Program-made: the position numbers and the translations under genes
Shown: one piece after another, positions 47,393 through 55,966 of the stretch
Position numbering within the stretch: the stretch's first letter is position 1
Layout of the letters: every line of letters begins with the position of its first letter
Assembly: GCA_017512745.1 (NCBI GenBank)
Contig: JAFWEV010000026.1
Coordinates: 11,377 to 75,376, forward strand
Length of the DNA stretch: 64,000 nt
Direction of reading: 5' to 3'
Source: Oscillospiraceae bacterium
Lineage (GTDB): Bacteria; Bacillota; Clostridia; Oscillospirales; Ruminococcaceae
Notes under the pieces: generated by a model
Database searches by the model: none
What the model was told of the DNA's origin: nothing
Seen by the model: only the letters and a program-made list of their open reading frames with translations

Positions 47393-48754
47393 TTAAGAGT
47401 CTTTGGTCAGGTTCTTGAGCCATCTCATTCGTAGAACGGCTATAAGACCTACCATTGCCTTGAGAGGCATATCTATCCTGTTTATCGCAACTACCGCGAT
47501 CGCCGGAAGATGCCACTTGAATGCGGCGAGCCATCCGAGAGGTATGGCGATACCCCACATTACAACTATGTCGGTCCAGAAACCTATATGACCGGAACCG
47601 CCCGCGCGGAGCACTCCGACCAGCGCCATGATCTCAAATGCCTGACAGAAGATATTCGCCGCGAACACATACATCATGGCTTTCGCAAGAGCTGCGGTTT
47701 CGACTGAGATGTTATACAGAAGAATGAAGTACCTGCCCGTCAGAATAAGCATCAATGCGGAGAATATACCGAGAATAAGGGCCAGGAGCATCGTCGATCT
47801 GGAAGCCTGTTTAGCTCCTTCTATATCGTCCGAGCCGAGGATCTTTCCGACTATTGTGCTTGTCGACTTGCCCGCTCCGGATATGAGAGATTCGATGAGA
47901 TAATCGAAATTGTAGCAGATGTTGTACGCAGTGACTGCCGCCGTACTCAGCTGTCCGGTTATGATGGAGCCCATCGAGTTCGCAAAGCTCCAGGTGACAT
48001 CGTGGGCAAATACCGGTTTTATAACTGCAATATAGTGCTTAAGCATCTGTTTGTCGCGGGAGAAAATATCTTTTATGGTCACGCCGATACGCCTGTCTTT
48101 CCCGAGAGCTGTAATAGTGTAGACGAGGTCTGTGAATCTTCCGCAGAGATAACCTATGGCAGCGCCAGCGACGCCCATTTTCGGCAGACCGAGTTTTCCG
48201 AAGATCAGGATGAAGTTGACCAGCAGATTTATGGGATAGGATATAAGGCTGCCGTACAGGTAAAGAGTCGGCCTCTCCAGAGACGATTCGACCTGGTAAA
48301 TGATCGTTGAAATGGCATGGAAGAATAAGCCTACCGCCACGATCCTCAGGTAGATGATCCCCATATCAATGACTGCGGGATCTGAGCTGAAGATCCGCAT
48401 AAGCAGCCTCGGAGCGGTGAGAAACAGTGTCGAGAAACATACCGTTACGAGGAAACCTGTCCGCAGCGCGATACCAAATATCGACCTTATGGATTTAGTG
48501 TCGTTTTTGCCCCAGTACTGTGCTGAGAGGATCCTCCCTGCGCCGGATACCGACATTATAAAAGTATTGAAGATAGCGACTATATTAATGGCCTGTGTCG
48601 ACGCGGCGATCTCTATCTCGCCGAACCGTCCGAACATCAGGCTGTTTATTATATTCACTCCGTACAGAAGAAGCTGCTGGACCGTCAGGGGCAGCATCAG
48701 TCTCCATATCCACTTTCTGAATTCAGGATTCCTTAAAGAATAGTTTTCAAGCAT
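47393..48754 (-). CDS. MATE-family efflux transporter
   Basis: A 12-TM protein of 453 aa with a MATE-like N-terminus (LMLPLTVQQLLLYGVNIINSLMFG). Confidence 0.85.
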   Translation of the reverse strand: MLENYSLRNPEFRKWIWRLMLPLTVQQLLLYGVNIINSLMFGRFGEIEIAASTQAINIVAIFNTFIMSVSGAGRILSAQYWGKNDTKSIRSIFGIALRTGFLVTVCFSTLFLTAPRLLMRIFSSDPAVIDMGIIYLRIVAVGLFFHAISTIIYQVESSLERPTLYLYGSLISYPINLLVNFILIFGKLGLPKMGVAGAAIGYLCGRFTDLVYTITALGKDRRIGVTIKDIFSRDKQMLKHYIAVIKPVFAHDVTWSFANSMGSIITGQLSTAAVTAYNICYNFDYLIESLISGAGKSTSTIVGKILGSDDIEGAKQASRSTMLLALILGIFSALMLILTGRYFILLYNISVETAALAKAMMYVFAANIFCQAFEIMALVGVLRAGGSGHIGFWTDIVVMWGIAIPLGWLAAFKWHLPAIAVVAINRIDMPLKAMVGLIAVLRMRWLKNLTKDS

Positions 48755-48838
48755 GATCCGATCTGAAACCTTTATATTATTAACCTAGAACAGTTTATTA
48801 GTTAGGCTCTTTTTTTGCAAGACTCGGGGTGATTAATG

Positions 48839-48868
48839 TTGTATGGCAGTCGCGGTATTAGGTATAAT
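48839..48868 (+). promoter_or_regulatory. Putative sigma-A promoter of the trpF-like operon
   Basis: TTGTAT, an 18-nt spacer, then TATAAT. It lies about 40 nt upstream of the GGAGG RBS at 48897. Confidence 0.45.
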
Positions 48869-48909
48869 TTAAGTGTGAAAATATGCGTAAAAAAACGGAG
48901 GTAAGTCTT

Positions 48910-49602
48910 ATGATCACTCAAATATACGGCTGTGCCGGAATCGAAGATGTAATGCTTTGCTCTAAGCTCGGAGTGGATAATGTAGGAATAAGTTTCGGAG
49001 ATGTCAAACACTTAGGCCCGCATCAGAGGACCGCTGCTGAGTGCAGAGATTTCTTCGCTCTCTTCCCGGACAATATCACAAAAGTCGGTCTTACGATCGC
49101 GTCGGACGTAGACGAGATCATCCATGACCTTTCCATCTGCATGCCGGATATATATCACCTCTCCGGTGATATCGAGAATATTCCGCCTGAGGAAGTCGAG
49201 AGGATAAGAAAGGCTTATCCCGAGCTCAAGATCATGCAGGCTATCCCGGTACTCGGCGGGGTGCCCCTTGAGGAGCAGAAAGTCCTGAAACTCATCAAGG
49301 ACTACGAAGAGGTGACGGATTTCTTCCTCATCGACACAAAGGATCTCTCGAGCGAGATAGGCATCGGCGCAACAGGCGCAATCCACGACAGATATATAGA
49401 CAAGGCGATCGTTGAGAGCACAAAGGTCCCGTGCATAATCGCGGGCGGACTTGACGCTTCCAATGTCGCGGAAGCCATCCATATCGCGCATCCGTACGGT
49501 GTAGATTCCTGCACGCTCACAAGCTGGGACAGAAGCACCGGCAAGCGCGGAAAAGATCCTGTAAAGCTTGAAGCTTTCGTGAGGGCCGCACAGAATGCCT
49601 GA
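48910..49602 (+). CDS. TrpF-fold (phosphoribosylanthranilate isomerase-like) protein outside any trp context
   Basis: Collinear with TrpF: QIYGCAG versus KICGIT, FLIDTK versus LLDTK, IAGGLDASNV versus LSGGLNPENV, and YGVDS versus FAVDVSS. The canonical catalytic Cys position is occupied by Tyr. Confidence 0.6.
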   Translation: MITQIYGCAGIEDVMLCSKLGVDNVGISFGDVKHLGPHQRTAAECRDFFALFPDNITKVGLTIASDVDEIIHDLSICMPDIYHLSGDIENIPPEEVERIRKAYPELKIMQAIPVLGGVPLEEQKVLKLIKDYEEVTDFFLIDTKDLSSEIGIGATGAIHDRYIDKAIVESTKVPCIIAGGLDASNVAEAIHIAHPYGVDSCTLTSWDRSTGKRGKDPVKLEAFVRAAQNA

Positions 49603-50572
49603 CAGATACTCTAAAGCAATAGTTCTGGGAGATGCGTGCGTCGATATGACGATAAAGCTCCCGCATTTCAAAGACGGCAGGATGGAGAATTTCGAGAATC
49701 CGTCACTTGCCGGCGGCGGCACATGCGCAAATACCGCGGTGGCGCTGTCAAAACTCGATGTTGATACGGCGTTCATGGGAACGGTCGGACAGGATTCCTT
49801 CGGAAGATATCTTATAGATGAATTCGAATCCATGGGCATCGACAGGGAATTCGTTCAGGTCGACCCGGAATCGGATACTGTATGCTGTTTTGCATTTCTC
49901 GATGACACAGGTGAGAGACATATCTGGGGCTGGCCAAAGAAGAGACAGTCATATACTCAGCTGGACCTCTCAAAGATAAATCTTGAGAAACTGAAGACCG
50001 CGTCATGGCTGCATGCTTCCGGTATGAACTATCTCGCCGACGGACCCATGCGTACGATAATGCCGTATCTGTTCAAGGTGGCGTTTGAAGCGGGAGTACC
50101 CACATCCCTGGATCTCAACACCAGAACCAACACGCCGGAAGAACTGGATCCGGAGATAAAGAAGGCGGTACTGGCGACTGTTCCGTACTGCACATATTTC
50201 ATGGGTTCCGCAAAAGACGAGTTCTACAGTCTCTATCCCTGTGATGACTGGCGCGACAGCGTGAGACACTTCGTGGCTCCCGGAAGAACTGTCGTCGCGC
50301 GCTCCGGCTCGGAAGGGTCATGGGTGTTCACTCCGGAAGGAGAGGAGTTTGCAGTCCCGGCATATAAGGTGACTGCGGTCAACACGACAGGCGCGGGAGA
50401 CTCGTTCAACGCAGGCTTTGTAGCAGGTATACTTCACGGAAAAAACGTTAAGGATGCCGTTAGATGGGGCAGCGCCGTTGCCGCATATAAAGTGTCGCAC
50501 GGCGGATCCAGGGCAACGCCTGATCTTGACGGACTCAGGGAATTCTTCGGATCGTACGGTGAAGAGGCATAA
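49595..50572 (+). CDS. PfkB-family carbohydrate kinase
   Basis: Contains LGDACVD, GGGTCANTAVAL and NTTGAGDSFNAGF. It overlaps the upstream gene by 8 nt. Confidence 0.8.
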   Translation: MPDRYSKAIVLGDACVDMTIKLPHFKDGRMENFENPSLAGGGTCANTAVALSKLDVDTAFMGTVGQDSFGRYLIDEFESMGIDREFVQVDPESDTVCCFAFLDDTGERHIWGWPKKRQSYTQLDLSKINLEKLKTASWLHASGMNYLADGPMRTIMPYLFKVAFEAGVPTSLDLNTRTNTPEELDPEIKKAVLATVPYCTYFMGSAKDEFYSLYPCDDWRDSVRHFVAPGRTVVARSGSEGSWVFTPEGEEFAVPAYKVTAVNTTGAGDSFNAGFVAGILHGKNVKDAVRWGSAVAAYKVSHGGSRATPDLDGLREFFGSYGEEA

Positions 50573-50577
50573 GTCTG

Positions 50578-51501
50578 ATGGCAAAGGAAAAGAATAACAG
50601 CAAAAGCCTGATGGCTACTATCGCCGGACTTGCGGGAATATTCATCTGGGGCGTCAGCACATTCTTTACGAGATCTCTCACAGAGAGCCTCGGCATATTC
50701 ACACAGGCTGCCATAACCGCATTTTTCGGGGGAGTCGTCTCTCTCATAATGCAGGCTATTGGCGGAGACCTCAAGGGCAACATAAAGAGAGCGCCGAAGC
50801 TCTACTGGCTGATCACCATACCGCTGTATATGGTATACAAGATATCCGTATCGATGGCTGTCGGCGCGGCGGCGGACCGCTCGCAGGTGCTAACATCCAA
50901 CCTCATAAGCCAGATGTGGCCGCTCATGACATTGGTATTCACGGTGGTCATATTCAGAAATAAGATAAAGAAACTGTTCCCCATAGGAGTTCTCATACCC
51001 GCGCTTGGACTTCTTGTGGCCAATTCCGGGAAGAATTTCGATATAGGATCCATATTCATAAATATAGGCAAGGCATGGCTTCCGTGCTTCTTTGCGCTGC
51101 TCTCCGCAGTGGCATGGGGACTCTATTCAAATCTGTCGAGAAAGATCACGATGGGGCTCAATGCCGGGTGCGTCGGTATCCTCATGATGGTGTCGGGCGT
51201 TGTCTGCGAGATAATCGCGATCACAAGGCATGAGGTCCCGCACTTTACCTGGGATGCCATGGGAAGCCTGCTGTTCTCCGTAATAGCGGTTGCAGGCGCG
51301 GCGACATTCTTCTGGGATCTCGCGATGAGAAACGGCAATTCGATGCTCGTGATCGTAGTGTCGAACTTCCTTCCGGTCATATCCTCCATACTCTCGGCAT
51401 GGCTTCTCGGAGTCAGCATTGAGGTGTCGCTCATAGTCGGCGCGTTCATGGTCGTCATTGGAACGATAATCTCCAAGAAGTGTATCCTGGAGGAAAAGTG
51501 A
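50578..51501 (+). CDS. EamA/DMT-family transporter
   Basis: A 10-TM protein of about 300 aa with two EamA-like halves. Confidence 0.7.
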   Translation: MAKEKNNSKSLMATIAGLAGIFIWGVSTFFTRSLTESLGIFTQAAITAFFGGVVSLIMQAIGGDLKGNIKRAPKLYWLITIPLYMVYKISVSMAVGAAADRSQVLTSNLISQMWPLMTLVFTVVIFRNKIKKLFPIGVLIPALGLLVANSGKNFDIGSIFINIGKAWLPCFFALLSAVAWGLYSNLSRKITMGLNAGCVGILMMVSGVVCEIIAITRHEVPHFTWDAMGSLLFSVIAVAGAATFFWDLAMRNGNSMLVIVVSNFLPVISSILSAWLLGVSIEVSLIVGAFMVVIGTIISKKCILEEK

Positions 51502-52163
51502 TGGCGAGATTTTCCACTCTTATCTTTGATTTCGACGGGACCGTGGCATACACTGCGCCCGACGTGTGGGATGCGGTCGAAGCGGGAACGCTGGTGTTCG
51601 GCAAGAAGATAGATCCGGACTACAGGGCAGACCCGAGAAATCTCTCTCTTCATCCGAGAAAGATATTCGAAGACTGCCTGGGACCGCTCACGGATGAGGA
51701 ATATCGGAAAGCGCAGAATGCGCTGAGTCAGCTTTACGGACAGGATACGGATTATCCCAAGACCGTGCTGTACCCCGGAATGGATGAGTTTCTGGACAGG
51801 GCAAAACAGGAGGGGATCTCCTGCGGGATCGTCACAAGAAAGTCCGCCAGATCCCTGGGAAGGATACTTGACGCTCACGGCTGGAGACACTGGTTTTACG
51901 ACTGGTACGGGTCGGAATCCCTCGGGGGACATAAGACAAAAGCGGAGCTTATAGATGCTCTTCTCAAAAAGATGCCAGATGCCTCAAGACCCGTGTATAT
52001 AGGGGATTCGGCGGGAGATATCGCTGCGGCAAAGGAACTGGGGATTCCGTCGGTGGCTCTCACATACGGTGACGGAGACACTGAAGAGCTTCTCGCCCAG
52101 AATGCGGATAAGGTATGTTATACGGTACCCGATTTATATATGTGGGTCTTCAATAAGGAATAA
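51501..52163 (+). CDS. HAD-superfamily phosphatase (phosphoglycolate-phosphatase-like)
   Basis: Contains LIFDFDGTV (the DxDG motif) and YIGDSAGDIAAAKELG. The start and the upstream stop share one base (TGATG). Confidence 0.8.
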   Translation: MARFSTLIFDFDGTVAYTAPDVWDAVEAGTLVFGKKIDPDYRADPRNLSLHPRKIFEDCLGPLTDEEYRKAQNALSQLYGQDTDYPKTVLYPGMDEFLDRAKQEGISCGIVTRKSARSLGRILDAHGWRHWFYDWYGSESLGGHKTKAELIDALLKKMPDASRPVYIGDSAGDIAAAKELGIPSVALTYGDGDTEELLAQNADKVCYTVPDLYMWVFNKE

Positions 52164-52186
52164 TTGCTCAAGGCAGGTATTAGGAT

Positions 52187-53371
52187 ATGTTAAACAATTT
52201 CAGACATGTTGTAGGAACAAGATTTATTTTCGGCGATGACGCGCACGAGCATATCGGCGAAGAACTCAAAAAAGAAGGCGCGAAGAAAGTCCTCATAGTG
52301 CATGACTCGGGGAAATTCCTGTTTGACACGGGACTTCTCCAGCATGTAAAGGATCTCTTTGCGGCCGAGGGAATAGAGGCGTATGAACTTCCCGGCATCC
52401 AGCCCAATCCGAGACTTGCAAAGGTGAGAGAAGGAATCGATATCGTAAGAAAAGAGAATATCGACTGGCTCGTAGGCTTGGGCGGCGGATCCAGCATCGA
52501 CACTGCCAAGGCTGTCGCCGCAGGCGCTCTCTATGACGGAGACGTGTGGGATTTCTTCGAGGGGAAGGCAAGAATAGAAAAAGCTCTTCCCGTTGCGGTC
52601 ATCCTCACTATCCCCGCTACGGGAAGCGAGTCCGGCGCCGTTACGGTCATCAACAACACAGAGCTCGAGAGAAAAGCTCTTACAAGCTCCGAGGCGATAA
52701 GGCCGAAGATAGCGTTCATGAATCCGATGCTCACTCTGTCGCTTCCTCCTTTCGGAACGGCATGCGGCATTGCGGATATGTTCTCCCACATGATGGAGAG
52801 ATATTTCTCGGACAGCGATGAACTCAACTGCATCGACTATATGCTGGAAGGTCTCATGAAGGCTGTCGTCACTTTCGGAACGAAAGTCATGGAGGATCCC
52901 AAGAACTACAGATACCGCGCCGAGATCATGTGGATAGGCACAGTGGCTCACAACAACACGGTAGGCGTGGGACGCAATCAGGACTGGGCATCCCATGATA
53001 TAGCGAATGAGCTTTCCGCTCTCTACGATACTCCTCACGGAGCATCCCTCACGATCATCACTCCCTACTGGATGAGATATGTATACAAGGATCATCTCTG
53101 GAGATTCGTGAGATACGCAGAGCAGGTCTTCGACGTGCCTCATGAGGGAACGGATGAGGAGATAGCGCTTAAGGGCATAGAGGCTATGGAGAAGTTCTTT
53201 AAGGATACTCTCAGACTGCCTACATGCTTCTCCGACTTCAACATCCCGACGGACGAACTCGAAAAGATGTCGTATATGGCTGAAAAGGAAGACGGTTACG
53301 ACCATATAGGCAGTTTCAAGGTGCTGAGAGCTCCCGAGATCCTCGAGATCTTCAAGGCCGCTGCGCACTGA
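52187..53371 (+). CDS. Iron-containing (class III) alcohol dehydrogenase
   Basis: Contains GLGGGSSIDTAKA, and its size and His-rich metal site are typical of the Fe-ADH/butanol dehydrogenase family. Confidence 0.85.
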   Translation: MLNNFRHVVGTRFIFGDDAHEHIGEELKKEGAKKVLIVHDSGKFLFDTGLLQHVKDLFAAEGIEAYELPGIQPNPRLAKVREGIDIVRKENIDWLVGLGGGSSIDTAKAVAAGALYDGDVWDFFEGKARIEKALPVAVILTIPATGSESGAVTVINNTELERKALTSSEAIRPKIAFMNPMLTLSLPPFGTACGIADMFSHMMERYFSDSDELNCIDYMLEGLMKAVVTFGTKVMEDPKNYRYRAEIMWIGTVAHNNTVGVGRNQDWASHDIANELSALYDTPHGASLTIITPYWMRYVYKDHLWRFVRYAEQVFDVPHEGTDEEIALKGIEAMEKFFKDTLRLPTCFSDFNIPTDELEKMSYMAEKEDGYDHIGSFKVLRAPEILEIFKAAAH

Positions 53372-53422
53372 AACGGCCGGTCCGCATACCGGAAATACAT
53401 GACGGTCTACAGATAATAAAAT

Positions 53423-53457
53423 ACTCGCTGCAGTATTCGCTGCAGCGAGTTTTTTGT
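53423..53457. terminator. Bidirectional terminator between the Fe-ADH and the convergent AraC gene
   Basis: An 11-bp stem ACTCGCTGCAG / CTGCAGCGAGT is followed by TTTTTT and preceded by AATAAAAT. Confidence 0.8.
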
Positions 53458-53484
53458 GGTTCTTGTCCTGTTAAAGAAGTTCTG

Positions 53485-54258
53485 TTATCCGTGATGCTGT
53501 TTTCTGTACTGCGCCGGTGTGACCCCGGTCTCTTCCTTAAAGCACTGTATAAAGTAATTAGTGGTGTTGAAGGCAAGATGCTCCGCTATGCCCGAGACCG
53601 GATATTCCGTGCTCTTGAGTATCAGTTTTGCGCGGTCGATCTTTTTCCTCTTTATATATGTGTTGATGGATACGCCGGTCTCGCTTTTGAATTTTTCGGA
53701 GAGATAGTATTCGGAATATCCGCACAGGATCGCGAGATCTTTTATGTGGATCTTTCTGTCAACGCTGAGCTCTATATAATCGCAGCATTTCTGTATGGCG
53801 TAGGAATAGCCTTTATCGGCATTCGCATGGTGCACACGGAAAATGAAATCGTGATACATGGCTGCGGCCAGAGATTCGAGCTCGCCTATGTCCCTGCTGT
53901 CCTCGGCAGCCTGGATGTAGTGATCCCCGAGCGGATATGCTATCTCCGGCGACAGCCCGCCTTCCATGGCAGCCCTACAGACAAGAGTCGAAAACACTAT
54001 CAGATTAGTCTTGGCCTGCCGCAGGGGATCACGGCCTTTCACCGGCACTCCGGGACTCAGCCCCGCGCTGTAATTGAGGACGTCATGATAGTTTATATCG
54101 CCTTCGCGGACCATCGCGAGCAGTGCTTTCTCCGCGCTGTACACCTTGTTTCTGTCATGCCCTTCCCTTGGGGATATTTTGTAACTCTGCCCGGCTTTGG
54201 GAATAGCCTTTTCAAGTGTGATGTAATCGACCTGAACGTGTGAATCAAGCGTGTCCAT
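53485..54258 (-). CDS. AraC-family transcriptional regulator
   Basis: The C-terminal HTH_AraC region reads IKDLAILCGYSEYYLSEKFK...GIAEHLAFNTTNYFIQCFK. AAGGAGGG lies 5-6 nt upstream of the ATG at 54258, and the GTG at 54300 in the ORF track is less likely. Confidence 0.85.
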   Translation of the reverse strand: MDTLDSHVQVDYITLEKAIPKAGQSYKISPREGHDRNKVYSAEKALLAMVREGDINYHDVLNYSAGLSPGVPVKGRDPLRQAKTNLIVFSTLVCRAAMEGGLSPEIAYPLGDHYIQAAEDSRDIGELESLAAAMYHDFIFRVHHANADKGYSYAIQKCCDYIELSVDRKIHIKDLAILCGYSEYYLSEKFKSETGVSINTYIKRKKIDRAKLILKSTEYPVSGIAEHLAFNTTNYFIQCFKEETGVTPAQYRKQHHG

Positions 54259-54469
54259 AAGTCCCTCCTTACCGGGAAACGGCGTATGGTATCTTTCCAC
54301 TCAAATGATAGCATCCCGCAACACGGTGAATCAAGACAGATTCCCGAATTTTTGTAACTTTTCCCGAGCTTATGACTTTTGCGCGCATATACTGTTTTTG
54401 TACAATTGATACATAAAAGAGCGGAAAGCCGCACAGAAAAACGATTAATTTTCCGGAGGGATCAGTAAA

Positions 54470-55936
54470 ATGGCAAAGGAAAAACTCACTCAGAGCCAGA
54501 TAGACGGCGTCGAATACAGACGCGCAAAGCTCTGGCAGATCATTCTAGTCGCATGCAATGCCTTCAACGGCATGGCAGTTTATTCACTCATCAACATGGC
54601 CAGTTATTCGGCGAGCATCGGTTACGGCATAGCCACGGTGGCTGTAGGCGGACTGCTCATGTTCACACGAATTTTTGATGCTATAACAGACCCGCTTCTC
54701 GCCTTCCTGTATGACAGAGTAAACACCCGCTGGGGCAAGATCAGACCCCTTATGCTGCTTGGCTGGTTCATCCAGAGCGCAGGACTTATCTGCATGTTCA
54801 TTCTCTTCTCGAGCAAGGGACACGGAGTCGTAACATTCATCGGATTCTATCTCCTCTATGTCGTCGGCTATACCATCGTGAACATGACAGCCCAGACCCT
54901 TCCTGCGCTCATAAGCAACGACCCGAAACAGAGACCGACCGTCGGCGTATGGCAGACAGCACTTAACTACATGATCCCGATGGCTCTCACTATAGTCCTC
55001 AACATGAAGCTCCTCCCGATGTACGGCGGAACATACAATCAGCAGTTCCTCAACGCGGCATGCCTTATCTGCGTGGCAATGTCCCTCTTCGGAGTCATCA
55101 TGACATGCATCGGCGTTTCCGCATATGACAAACCGGAGAACTTCAGAGGAACCAACAAGGTCGACGAAAGACTGAAACTCAAGGACATGATCGATGTGCT
55201 CGGACACAACAGACCGCTCCAGAGCTACATTATCTCCGCTGCTTCGGATAAGATCGCGCAGCAGGCTCAGTCCGCATCCATCGTCAGCACACTGCTTCTC
55301 GGAATACTTATCGGCAACATGGGCATGGGTACTCTTGTCACGGTCGTCGGAAGTTTCCCGTCCATCATTTTCGCGATTTTCGGCGCGAGATATGCCGGCA
55401 AGCACGGCCATAAGGAATCCATCGTCACATGGACCAGAAACTGCATCATCGCGAATGTAGTCATGATAGCCTTCTTCTGCATAATAGATCCGAAGTCCAT
55501 CGCAGGAGCTGGCATCACCAAATACATATTCATGTTCCTCACGCTCATCTGCAGCGGATTCGCAATGTGCGTAACAACCGCGAACACAGGCTTTATGGCC
55601 GATATCATCGACTATGAGCTCGACCGCAGCGGAAAATACATCCCCGCAGTGGTATCCGGAACATACAGTCTTATAGACAAGATCGTATCTTCCTTCTCCG
55701 CGCTTATAGCAACAGCATGCGTGGCGCTTGTCGGATACACGTCCACAATGCCCCAGCCGGGCGATGAGGCGACGACCGGAGTATTCATTGTAACAATGTT
55801 CCTCAAATACGGACTTGCGATCATCGGATGGATAGTCACTCTCATCGCGATGCGCGGCTGCAAACTCGGAAAAGCCGAAATGGTCGAGGTGCAGAAGAGG
55901 ATCGAGGATAGGAAAGCGGCACTCAAGTCGGAGTGA
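54470..55936 (+). CDS. GPH-family (glycoside-pentoside-hexuronide:cation symporter) MFS transporter
   Basis: Contains the signature FDAITDPLLAFLYDRVNTRWGKIRP and has 12 TM helices. Confidence 0.85.
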   Translation: MAKEKLTQSQIDGVEYRRAKLWQIILVACNAFNGMAVYSLINMASYSASIGYGIATVAVGGLLMFTRIFDAITDPLLAFLYDRVNTRWGKIRPLMLLGWFIQSAGLICMFILFSSKGHGVVTFIGFYLLYVVGYTIVNMTAQTLPALISNDPKQRPTVGVWQTALNYMIPMALTIVLNMKLLPMYGGTYNQQFLNAACLICVAMSLFGVIMTCIGVSAYDKPENFRGTNKVDERLKLKDMIDVLGHNRPLQSYIISAASDKIAQQAQSASIVSTLLLGILIGNMGMGTLVTVVGSFPSIIFAIFGARYAGKHGHKESIVTWTRNCIIANVVMIAFFCIIDPKSIAGAGITKYIFMFLTLICSGFAMCVTTANTGFMADIIDYELDRSGKYIPAVVSGTYSLIDKIVSSFSALIATACVALVGYTSTMPQPGDEATTGVFIVTMFLKYGLAIIGWIVTLIAMRGCKLGKAEMVEVQKRIEDRKAALKSE

Positions 55937-55966
55937 TCATCTTTTGACACGGCAAAGGAGATACCA

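Noticed and set aside
52190-53368. A 392-aa ORF on the minus strand covering almost exactly the whole Fe-ADH gene.
   Set aside because: Its codons are in register with the sense codons. It therefore stays open simply because the ADH gene uses no TTA, CTA or TCA codons after codon 2, and the TTA at 52190-52192 is its stop. The translation is low-complexity and Arg/Ser-rich with no recognisable family. It is a shadow ORF caused by codon bias.
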